From: Asterias rubens
Taxonomy: Eukaryota
Direction: 5' to 3'
Assembly (NCBI RefSeq): GCF_902459465.1
Contig: NC_047066.1
Location: 1,178,001 to 1,242,000, forward strand
DNA: 64,000 nucleotides
Shown in pieces: positions 36,988-48,536 of this stretch. Each line of letters opens with the position of its first letter. Position 1 is the first letter of the stretch. The position numbers and the translations under genes are program-made. The notes under the pieces are model-generated. The model made no database searches. It had not been told where the DNA came from and was given only the letters and a program-made list of their open reading frames with translations.

Positions 36988-39306
36988 GATGTTATTCAGC
37001 AAAGTTTGCACGCACAACAAAAGTTATCCAGTTTGTGTGGGGCCTTATTACACGCTCAATGAAGCTATTTACTTTATTGGGATGCTTCAGTTGGTGTGAG
37101 TAAAAAAATAAGCTATGCTGCTATTATGTTGTTTTAGGTTGGTTTCCGCTGCAATACCTAACATTATAAACATGACACAAAACAACACAATATTCCAGTT
37201 GTGACTGATTGTATGATCGTGTCAAAATGAACTGTCGCCTTCTACAGAGGCCGCTGGTGTCCAGAGTGCCTTGATCACACTCCACCGACTTCATAAACTT
37301 CTCTATGACTATTCAAAACTAGGTAGGACACGGGTCAGTAGGACAAAGGAATTCCTTGAAATTCTATAATTATTATTGATCGTATACGACCATGACGTCA
37401 ATCCAAATCCATCGAAAAAGCATTTTGTATGGACAAGGTCGCCACTCATCGTCATCGACCTTCAAATACCAACACTACCAAGGTCTTGTTGACGGCTACT
37501 GTGGTTTGGAAAAGTTCATGCAGTCTTTATAGAAGAACGAGGTTAAAAATTCACATCACTGAGAAATCAATTATTGCGAGACAATCACATAAAGCATACG
37601 TTGTTATCACTCACACTCTCACTCTATCCCGTAGCTAAATGCCGTACGGGGTACACCCCACCAGACTAACAGGGAGTCGAGCTCAATACACTTTTGTATA
37701 CAAACAGGCCATAAAATATCATACATTATTGACAGATTTTTGGCATATAAAAACGTAATAACAAGTTATGGTATTTTACCATAACATACCATAACTGGTA
37801 AAAAGTTTTTACATGCAAAATGATTGTCGTCTCACTGACGGACTGAGACAAAATTCATTACATTGTTTTACTAATTTCTCAAAAACTACAGCACCTCATC
37901 AAGTAACATTTTAAGGGAAGCTTCCTAACTGATACCATCAGTATCTTCAAATATGTAGATTGAAGTCATGGCCTAGTAAAATTCTACCTCATACATGTAA
38001 TACAAAGTTTGCAGCCCACAAGACTTATTTTAACTTGTTATTATCTTTTCATTCATAAATACCTCAGACAGCTCCGCTATTCTTATTGGTGGAGAGCGCG
38101 TCACGTGGGGAGTTTAAACGGTTGATAATGACCAGCTGGACTCTGTTTATAACCGGTTAGTCTTGGTGCAAAACGTTTCTTGTTACGGTCGATGCAGGCG
38201 CCACTATGCCCTATGCCTCTGCCTAGTGCCTCTATGCCCTGTAAGATCATGTCATATTATTGATTAACTTACAAACTGAGATGGTTGACATGGACCATCG
38301 AGTGAAAACCCACAAGAAACAGGTAAAACCACGGAGCCTTCCTCCATGATAAAACACCTATATCGTTTAGCATCAAATTCAACATGTTCTGCAAACTTTC
38401 AATTGAATGGAATACCTACAATGATTGGTTGTTTGTGGTTCCTACCAATTCAACTATGTTTGAATATTTAGTGTGACATCGTCAGAGTCTGTTTTTTGTT
38501 ATGGCTCAATCCATAGTTTTTGTCAGTGATTTAATCAACATTCCATTTTGTGATGTTAACGTTGGATGTATAGGGGCCTACCCCACTCTTCAAAAAGAGT
38601 AACATGGTACCTAGGGATTAGTCAATATAGCGGTTCCAGCATCACGGCTCTAGCGTTGTCCTCTCCGTTAATAATTAAACACTGTATTGTGTACAAAATC
38701 TGGTTATTGTGGAAAGTATAATGGCAGTTCAGCTGAATTACAAAGGCACATAAAGCTCATGTATGTTTTAAGTAGGGCACATAGATCATGCGAAGGTTAT
38801 TCCACAATAGGACGCCTAGCAAGTCAACATGAATTCACCGTGTTCACGTATCAGGCAACATCATGTCTTCTCATGCGTGAATACATCAACAACATCAAAC
38901 GTTGAAACATGACTTGCAAGCTACTCACATTCTTTACGGTGTAGCGGTTATCCTGCACCGAACAATACACCGCTCTTCTACATGATTTGTTACGTAGTGT
39001 AGCGAATCCTACGAAAAGGTTACATAAAAGGCATCCTCATTGGTAGTTTTATTACGTACCATATACATTGATAGGTTGTGATAACGGTACTGACTACACC
39101 AATTATGTCCGAACTTTGTCAGCAATTCAAAGCTTGAACCTCGGACCCATGAGTTGAATAACTTCGCATGAACGTTCCGAGCATCGAGTCCAATTTGGGC
39201 CAATAATTGGTATACAATATTCAGGCAGAAGATAGCGTCAAGTGGTGAAAGACTACGTTACAAAACACGTCGTTGTATTAAAACAAGTTGACAGTTTGGT
39301 GTCAGT

Positions 39307-42300
39307 ATGGAGAGGTGTGCGGAATGTTGCAGCCGACCAAAGCTGTCTGATCTAGGATTCCAGGTGGAAGATTCCAGTGTATTTTATCGTCCGCAGGTAG
39401 GTTATACCATCGATGACTGACGTACAAGGTAGAATTGTACCTCCTTAGTCAGATAGCTCCATGGTCAGATCATTGAGTGGAAGGGTCAACAGGGCGAAGA
39501 CACACTCAGACCCGGTCTAATATATTAGAGATCTTTTATTGATCACCATTCAAATTATTCCGTTAAGAATGAATAAAACAGTTTGAGTGGATCGAATATC
39601 ACTCTACAGCAACCCTCTTCATGTTGGCCATCGATTCACAATGAGGAACCAAAAGATTATTCGCTTGTGACACTTGTCGCCGCAAGGTTTTTGAAGATGG
39701 TGACACTAACACAAAATTCAACTGCTACTTAGGTATAGATATGACCAGACCTGGTGTATGATTCATTTTTGAAAGGGCAATGGCACAAACAAGGCATTTT
39801 CTCCTTGGTTAAGGGTACCCTATAGAATTACTATATTAACAGCAGCATTTTAAGGACACCAAGGTAATGGCCAGGGGCGGGGAGGATCGCATTTGTTGCC
39901 TTTGTGTGGTATACAGTGCCTATTTCCCTGAAAAGGTATCACTTTCACAAAAGTTTTACTATTGAACCGATCCGAATTAATAAGTAGAACAAGCTGCTAT
40001 ATTGGCAGTTACTCAGAATAATTGTTAGCATAAAACCTTACTTGAAACAATTAAGCAATGAAGAGCTGTTGACAGGTATAGCACATTGTGAGGAATGGCT
40101 CCCTTTGAACTAACGTAGTTTTCGAGAAAGAAGTAATTTTCCACTGAAATATTTGAATTTGATTGCGAGACCTCAGAATTAGATTTTGAGGTCCCGAAAT
40201 CAAGCATCTGAAAGCACACAACTTCGTGTGACAATGTTTTTTTTCTTCCATTATTATCTGGCAATTTCAAAGACCAATTGAGTTCAAATTTTCACAGGTT
40301 TGTTATTTTGTGCATGTGTTGAGATACACCAAGTGAGAAGACAGAGCTTCTTAGGCTTATTATTTATTTCTCATTGCTTTGTACATGTATTGTTAATATT
40401 TAAATGCTTGTTATTTTGTTGTAAAGCGTTGTTGTACTTTTTTTGTGTAAGAACGCTATATAAATGCTTAGATTATTATTGTAACTGCAACAAAACATTC
40501 GCAAAATCTGATTATTTTGAAAGTAGACGATAGCAAACGTTATACGATTGCTAGTTCGCATGAAGACATGTTTAGCAGTTTCATTTTGTGTTTTATCAAT
40601 GCATTTTAAAAGAGCATTGCTCAAAATGAGGCCTAGAAGACAACGACACTCAAAGGGATGTATCAAGGAAAATTAAATTACGGGAGAGAAGATGTATGTG
40701 CATTTCTCTTGAACTGGAAAGATTGTGAGATGGTGAAAATAAGATACAGGGAGTTCCAAAGTGAAGCATTGTGAAGAAAAAATGGCAGAATAGTAGGCAC
40801 CTGGCCATTGGAACAGAAACGGTGAAGGGATGCGACCATAACGCACTGTACAAAACCTTCCCGGTTGAACTTGACCCGGATCAGGCTCCCGTTAGGCCTG
40901 AACCACTTCTGAGTCAGTGTGACCCGAAAGCTGTGTGACCCGAAAGCTGTGTCAAAATTACATTGTATAATGGTCAAAGTGACCCAGAATCCCATTTGAA
41001 AATCCAATTGTTAATCCCTTCCGGGTCAGCTTGACCCAGGAATTGGTCAGGTCCACTGATGGGATCCGGAGTCCGGGGTTACCTCTGACCCAAATAAAGG
41101 TGCACACACAAGGGATACATTTACGTGAAAATGTTATGTATTACAGGCCTTAGACTAGATAGAGAATGGACAAAACATCGAACAGAGAGAGGTTCTAGTG
41201 ATTCATGATGCCAGGTCTGGTCACCGAATACTAATTAATATAGCTCACCAGTGGACTGTGAAGATCAATGTTTTACGAAGTGCTATTTTTTTACACTGTA
41301 TTATTTTGTTTATCCATTTCCACAGTGGAGTAAGATCCCTTGGTTTGTATTTGTCATCTACCGTGTGGTCTTAGCGCTCTACTTTCTTGGCTACTACCTT
41401 GGCGACTCGATTCAGCAAGGAGAAACATTCAGTTGGAGATCGTTCCTCTATCTAACAACCCTGGCATTCATTGTCTTCATCATCTACCTCGTCATGGCTG
41501 CTGTGGTGGCGTTCCTTGATGGGTTTATTTCACGGAAAAGAAGTATTCCAGGTAGGCAAATTTAAGTCCGGAAATTAAAGTTGTATTAGCATTGTTTGAT
41601 GTATGGTGGCCTCTGTTTGGGTTGGGTGTAAACAGATAAATTACCCAAACCAAAATAATGTTGTAGTAAACACATGCAGTTGCTTGGAGTCGATGCAAAT
41701 AGGGACGCGACGGACAGGGCCAAGTGGAACCGAAGGGAGAAAGCAGGTCAACCCAGAACAGACTGCATGAACAACGGCCTTAAAACTGACATGCTGATAT
41801 CCACCTTAACTCAAAATGGCTGCTACGTTCGGTGGGCACTCTACAAATTAATGGCATCACAACCACCTGTTTATGTCTGAAGACTTGAGGACAAGTCTTT
41901 GAATGCTTTTCGCGATGATTGCGTATAGCTGAGCTCTCACGCGAGACTTGCTGTTCTTACTGCTGCCCCTTTACGCGACTTTAGCTCCTGTGACTATACG
42001 GTACCAGAGTCGGGAGCGGAGCTGGAAGTCGGAAGTCTCGCGAGAGCAGAGTGATCGCGTGAAAGCTGTGACTGCCACAAGTGTGCTAACGGCTTGACCT
42101 CAAGTTTATTTTGTTTTCCTCTAAACACATGCAGGTATGAGAATACGACACAAGCTCCAATGGTTTCTTTTCAACACAACGTTCAGCGTGAATGTTATAG
42201 TCGTTGTAACCTACTGGGCAGTTTTGTATTCTCCATCTGAAAACTTCCCCGTCTTTAACAACATCAACGTGCACCTGTTAACCGCCGTAATATCACTACT

Positions 42301-42604
42301 CGACTTGCTACTCACAGCCACTCCGGTACGGTACCTGCACGTCATCTACCCGATTCTCTTTGGATTATCCTATCTGGCTATCACCTTGATAAACTGGGCT
42401 GCAGGTGGTGACGTCATCTATTTTATTCTGGATTACAGCAATTACCCTGGACTGGCTGCGGGTACAATTATCGGTGTGATTACAGGTGTTTTTATAATCC
42501 ACGGTGTAGTGTGGGGCCTCTATAAACTCAGAATGTGGATTTGGGGAAGATTTGGGAACATTGAAATTGTGGACGACGAGATTAAGATTGAGGAAGCCCT
42601 TTAA
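39307..42604 (+). CDS. rost: Rolling stone-like protein 4; exons 39307-39396, 41326-41551, 42135-42604; 261 aa
   Basis: MERCAECCSRPKLSDLG...RPQ|GT (exon missed by the ORF track); VIYRVVLALY and YLTTLA; VVVTYW, HLLT and DLLLTATPVRYLHVIYP. 90+226+470 = 786 nt, in frame. Confidence 0.9.
40000..40345. mobile_element. Family A MITE copy lacking clean termini (rost-4 intron 1)
   Basis: ttactcagaataattgttagcataaaacc...gagatacaccaagtgagaagac. Confidence 0.7.
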
Positions 42605-43297
42605 CGAAAATGGATAATGTCAATGAACCGGATAAAAGAATGTCAAACGATCCTCTTTTTAAACGTACTCGCCTTTTATGTTTCTGTAATTTAATGGTAG
42701 GCCTTGCTTTTGCAATCACCATGCATATACATGTGTAAGATCACTAACACGCTAACTACAGCTTAATAAGCCGCTAGCCCCCCCCCCCCCCCACACACAC
42801 ACACTGAATTACGCTCCTAACCTCATTATTCTGTTTACGGAATGCAAACAAAATTAATGAACGGGCGATTGCGAACATGGCCGTAGTCATTTGATGCATG
42901 ACTCTCTGCCCACAAAAGCACAAAACCTATATTATTAATTTTTGTGCGGAGGTTCTTTCACACATCACACAGGGTATAACTCGAACTAAACAATAAATTA
43001 TGATCGGTACAAAAAGGTTACACAAAAGGCGCCCAGGGATAGTTTTATGACGAACCATAATATTTATAGGTTGTGATAACAGTTTTAGTGGTACTGATAG
43101 CAACAATTTTCGGCAATTCGAAGCTTGAACCCCGGACCCATGTTGAATAAGTTCGTATAAATGTTAGCAGGGTATAATCTACTCATGACATTCTGATGTG
43201 CATTTATTTTAGATTGATTTTAGCATCAGTGGCACGTGGAAGACTTGTGTACTTCCCTGGATAACTCTACGTCAATATGTTTTTAGCGTTTGAAGAT

Positions 43298-43638
43298 TTA
43301 AAGGCACTGGACACCTTTGGTAATAACTCAAAAGAAAATTAATCGTTAGCATAAATCATTGTGAGAAACGGCTCCCTCTCAAGTACCGTAATTTTTTAGA
43401 AAGAGGTATTTTGTCTCTAACTGAAGACTTCAGCTGAAGCATTTTATTATGCAACTGAAAGCACACAAAACATATGCAACAAGAGTGTTTTTCATTTCAT
43501 TCTCTTGCAAATTCGATGACCAATTGAGCAATTTTTTTTAAATGTTTGTTATTTTATGCATAAAGTTATGTTGGAATACCCCACCAAGTGAGAATACTGG
43601 TCTTTGACATTTTTACCGAACGTGTCCAGTGCCTTCAA
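43298..43638. mobile_element. TTAA MITE subfamily (GGCACTGGACAC termini)
   Basis: ttaaaggcactggacacctttggtaa...ttaccgaacgtgtccagtgccttcaa. Confidence 0.78.
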
Positions 43639-44286
43639 AATAAAAAAATAACAATAAAACTAAACTTTCAAAAAAGTAAGTCACAACTAGATTTATTTAT
43701 TTGGGGTTGTTCGAACTTTGGTCAAAGCGGAACAAGAATGCACCGAGTCAATCTGACTGCAAGAAACTAAAACACAAACAAATCAACTAACGTTTGATCG
43801 CGGGTATTTCACCCCATAGCATGGTCTAAGTGAACCTTTTTAGTCCTAAAATGAAAACAGAATGTGAGGTGTAAACTCAACTGATGAACGATTTGTTTTC
43901 CTTTTTTCTTAGCTCTGTATAGGCCTATTTATTGGTTTATTGTGGTTAGGAAGATGTGGATTTTTAACATGATAGGAAGGATTCTCAAAGCTTATTTTAG
44001 TAGACAAGTAATGCATATACTGTATGTAACTTGTAAACTTTAATGTTGTGTATTATTTTATTGACATTTTAAAGTAAATTACATAATAATTAAATCAATA
44101 AATTATTATCATGAAAAAATAAATCTCGGAGTTATTTTTATCTGCTATTTGTAAACTTATTGTAATCACTACCTTGTTTCAGATAATAAGCGGTTTTTGT
44201 GTGCTGGCTAATGAGCAGTAACAAACACACAACAGCAAACCCTATAATAATAAATGACGAGTGCGGCAAAATAAGTTAACAAACTA

Positions 44287-44447
44287 GGCCTTTTCCGAAA
44301 CCAAGGCTTCGGCTTCAGGCTCCGTCCTCTCGTCTGACACCCTGAACGTGTATACGCAAAGAACGCCCAATTTTGTCAAAACAACCGCGGGACCAAGCTA
44401 GCCTGACCCGAATCCAAAGCCGAAGCCTTTATGGTTTCGAAAAGGGC
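44287..44447. mobile_element. Small MITE (CCTTTTCGAAACC termini); inverted homolog at ~7255-7380
   Basis: ggccttttccgaaacca...tggtttcgaaaagggc. The interior is the reverse complement of gctagcttggccccgcggttgttttgac...ggacggagcctgaagcc in PAN copy-2 intron 1. Confidence 0.7.
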
Positions 44448-44954
44448 AAAAAACAAATAATTTTTTGGAGGGTGAATATAAAACTCGCGACTCGACGGGC
44501 ACTGCGGTGTGGGCATTGGACTCGACCTCATTGCGCAGTAGAGGATTCATTATTCCTAAAAGTTCAAGAATCAATGATTAATTTTCCATTTACTGTAAAA
44601 AGATGTCGGACTTTTGTATTTATTGAGTATTTTTTAAAAATTTAGCATTTTTTGACTGTATGCCATGTATGCCCATTGATCTCCATTACATAATCGAGAT
44701 GCATTTAAAAAAAACCTTGTGGTTGTGCATTCAGAAACTCTTGAGGGCGCACTTCACTTCGCTTCCTGCCATTTTGAAAGTCGATATGGAAACTGTAAAC
44801 AACCTTTGGCAGTTCCTGGTTTTATCAACAAAACGAGTATTTAAAGACTATGCACCTTTTTAGATTATTTGAGGAAAAGAGATACAAACAAAAATTCACA
44901 ACAAATTGAAAGGAAAGCTGAGCTGTCACGCAACGTAAACACTTACATCGTAAA

Positions 44955-46075
44955 ATGGGTTCAGAATCGGAGAATAACCGGTCTTCTTCAGTTTGTTTCG
45001 AAGTGAATTTGTTGAGTAGTACGGATGAAGGGTCGCCAGTGGCCATTATGACGGCAAGTAAACCTCGGGCCAAGTGCCCTGCAAGGCTCCTTCAGCGAGA
45101 AACTTCTCGTAATAAGAAGAATAATGAGGACAAAGCTCTTAAATGGAAACAACGAATGGATAAAGCTGAGCAGAACAAGAAGGTTAATATATTTTTGTAC
45201 AAATTAATTAAATTAAAGTAGTTTGTTATGGTAAGCTAAGAGTTAGCATGACAATCCTGACAATGACATGGGCATCAGCAAACAAAATGTATTACGCAAA
45301 ATGTATAACGTTTGGAATTTGTTGAGTGTACAACTGATTTACTCAGTCAGTCATACATGTACATTAAGTCTCGTTCCTGCTAGTGCTAATAAATAATATA
45401 AATAACACAACCTCAGTTGAGTTGTCTGTTGAAAGGTAGTCACGGCTGTAAATAAAAATCTAAAGTAGTACAGCACCCCATGGTCTACAGAACTCCCAAG
45501 TCCTAGCCCTATTCTTGTTTTTCAGAAAAGGACTGGGCAACTAACAAAAACTGTTAAGACTACTTTTGGCTTAACCAGATGGGTAGATGATAGATAATGG
45601 GGAACGGTTTATGGGGACAAACAAATTGTAAATTTCCCCACTTGCCCCAGCCCCTGAAAAATTAAATTTTGACTATTAAGTAAAACTTTTCAGCTACACA
45701 CAGTCTTCATATTATTATAATGAACACAATAAATGAAGTGAATTAGATTTATTGCAATGAAATTTGCATGGCTCTCACACTATAAAGAAATGCTTAAAAA
45801 CCTGATAAACAAGAGCTAAAATCTGTCTTTAATTGAATCCACAGGATCTTGAGGCAGCTCGTCTCCATAGGATTCATGAGAGACAAGAATCCTGTCGCAT
45901 CATGGCATCTAAGATGGAGAAGTTATTAGAGCAAGATGCTAAGAGGCAAGGAAAAGAGGGTACCCAGAACATCAAAGTAATGTCAAGGCGTGAGGCTGGA
46001 GCAATGGTACGGAGTGTACACAAAGACTTCAAACAATTAGGATCAGAGCTGAAAGAAAATCTTGGAGCAGATTGA
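44955..46075 (+). CDS. Stathmin-like small coiled-coil protein; exons 44955-45182 and 45845-46075; 152 aa
   Basis: Phase-0 AAG|GT...CAG|GAT join gives SSSVCFEVNL (cf. stathmin ASGQAFELIL) and KQRMDKAEQNKK-DLEAARLHRIHERQE (cf. [28 protein letters not shown]). Similarity judged by eye only. Confidence 0.6.
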
Positions 46076-46344
46076 ATTGGCCTTGCTCTTCTCTTATTCA
46101 AAAATGAAGGGTGGAACCGAATTATAATTAATAAAATAGGAGTGTGCATTTAGAATGCACAGTTTCTGTCATCCCTCTTGGCGCCCAATTAAGATGGAGA
46201 GTGTTTGAAACAACTTCAAGGTGGTGGTGCATATTGCTGCCAGACTGTGGCAGAAACACTTTGACAAATCTCCTCTAGCCTCTTTTATAAATCCAATGGA
46301 TTATTTTACCTGTATTACATAACACACTGGACCTACTGCTTTTC

Positions 46345-46476
46345 ACTATCCGAAGGACGAAGCAATAATGGTTAAGTGACTTGCTTTTAAGGATTAAAGC
46401 GTCAGGAACAGGACTGGAACCTACTTACTGAACAGAAACACCAGAGCTTGAGTCCTGCTCAACTGCTCGGCCATAA
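46345..46476 (-). mobile_element. tRNA-derived SINE fragment (related pieces at ~46600-46660 and ~51745-51785)
   Basis: The reverse complement reads tggccgagcagttgag (A-box-like)...ggttccagtcc (B-box-like)...cacttaaccattattgcttcgtccttcggat. No full cloverleaf. Confidence 0.6.
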
Positions 46477-46958
46477 GATTGCCACAGGCAACCAATATCA
46501 TTGGCAATGAGATTGACAGTACACCCCTACTGCCTTAAGAAGTGTTCGAGTATATTTGGGGGTGAGCAAACCAAAGACAAATCTACTAGATCAGGATTTG
46601 AACCTACACTTACTGAACAGAAACACCAGAGCTCGAGTCTGGTGGGCTTGACTGTCAGACCATTAGATTCCACTTATAACAACAGACTCGAATATCATCC
46701 GCAATGAGATGGACAGTACACCCCTACTGCCCTAAGAAGAATTTTAAAAACAAAAGACAAATTAACTACAACAGGATTTGAACCTGCAACCTCCAGGTAA
46801 AACATGCTGGCGCTATTCCAACAGCTATTTCACCTGAATGTTTGCAGTCTTCCTTTTTTTTTCTTCAATATCTTTGTCAAGTCAGAAGCCAAGCTGACAC
46901 TGCCATATAGCCAGGACTCGCACCAAAGTTAAGGATACAACCTGGTAGGTTGTAGTCT

Positions 46959-47253
46959 TTGTTGAAGACCTTCTTGTGTTGTTTTGTCACAATATTCTTC
47001 AAGATGGCGCTATAATCCTTGACCGTGTTGGAGAGCGGTTCACAATTTTTGTTTTGGTACCACATGCTGGCTACGCGTTCCACAGTTAAGGGATCCAGGA
47101 AAGTGCCATACCTTATGCGTATACATTGTACATGTACATGTATGCGATGGCCAGCATGTGGTAAAAAAAAAAAATTGCGAGCGGGTCACGGATGATAGCG
47201 CCCTCGGGTGGGTAAAAAATGTGACAAATCAACACAAGAAGGTCTTCAACCAA
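46959..47253. mobile_element. MITE with ~33-bp TIR
   Basis: ttgttgaagaccttcttgtgttgttttgtcaca (46959-91) versus tgtgacaaatcaacacaagaaggtcttcaaccaa (47220-53). Confidence 0.75.
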
Positions 47254-48052
47254 TCATAGGGGAACATCTTAGGGGAACATTTTATGGGAATAGAGCTCTT
47301 TATTTAAAAAATCAAGCAACAGACCACATTATTATATTTAACTGACTGTAATGTTTTATTAACTTTTGGGGTAAACAAAAACAACAGATTTCAAATGTGA
47401 AAAGAATAACAAATGACCGAAAATGGTCCAACAATTTACGATGGAAGCAGAATGGTTATTGAAGCTTTTTCCAATCAGCTTTTGAAAAACAGTTCCAGGG
47501 GAACCCCATTATTTATCTCTGTCCAACCATGGTCCAAGTGTTATAGAAAAGCTGATACAGCGAAAAGGGGACCAGACTTTGATTACTTGCTGCAGGTTTG
47601 GGCCAGGAACATCAATTTTTAAAAAGTTGATATCTATGACTTCTTAATTTTACAAAAAATAAATAAATTCTTATGGTACACTTTGTGTATTTAATACAGG
47701 TATAAACGATTAACTTTCTCCCTGCAACAAAACAAGTAATTGACCTCTATAATTTTTTTAACATCTTATTTTGTAACAGCTATTTTAGTAAATGGTAAAG
47801 TATTTGCGGATGTTGAATCCAAGATACAAATTTTAACTAACACGCAAGTCAACAATGACTTTGAAGCAATTGCATACATTTGTAGATCTTGTAATGGCTG
47901 TTTCATCAGTTTGGGTACAACTTCTGTTGTTGGATGTTTTTCTGGAAAGAAAATTGTTTGAGTGTCTCTTGTTCTCCTTTCTTTGTTTTAAATGGCAATA
48001 TCAGATGTGTTTTAAAAATAAATTGTGAACATGTAGAGATTTGAAGGCGAAG

Positions 48053-48439
48053 TTAAAGGCAGTGGACACTATTGGTAATTGTCAAAGACTAGCCTTCACA
48101 GTTGGTGTATCTCAACATATGCATTAAATAACAAACCTGTGAAAATTTGAGCTGAATCGGTCACCGCACTTGCGAGATAATAATGAAAGAAAAAAACACC
48201 CTTGTCACGCGAAGTTGTGTGCGTTTAGATGGTTGATTTCAAGACCTCAAGTTCTAAACCTGAGGTCTCGAAATCAAATTCGTGGAAAATTACTTCTTTC
48301 TCGAAAACTATGGCACTTCAGAGGGAGCCGTTTCTCACAATGTTTTATACCATCAACCTCTCCACATTACTCGTCACCACGAAAGTTTTTATGCTAATAA
48401 ATATTTTGAGTAATTACCAATAGTGTCCACTGCCTTTAA
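48053..48439. mobile_element. Kolobok-like TTAA MITE, family A, intact reference copy
   Basis: TTAA (48053-56) + perfect 24-bp TIR AGGCAGTGGACACTATTGGTAATT ... AATTACCAATAGTGTCCACTGCCT (48412-35) + TTAA. A TTAA TSD with RR...YY ends is the Kolobok signature; no transposase inside. Confidence 0.85.
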
Positions 48440-48536
48440 GCTCCAATTCTTGTGATACTCGGATTGTTGAGCAGACCCTCACTTTGTCACTGAACCCCAC
48501 CAACATACACTAAAATAACGCAGGTCCACCTTAATA

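Noticed and set aside
46877-47083. 68-aa minus-strand ORF that looks protein-like
   Set aside because: Runs through the left TIR of the 46959-47253 MITE and has only a weak AAG acceptor.
17528-48423. Recurrent ORFs of the type MRDNNERKK..KLCAFRWLISRPQVLNLRSRNQ (17528, 23744, 29073, 33132, 40025, 48170 and others)
   Set aside because: They are translations of family A MITE interiors; frames differ between copies and no transposase motifs are present.
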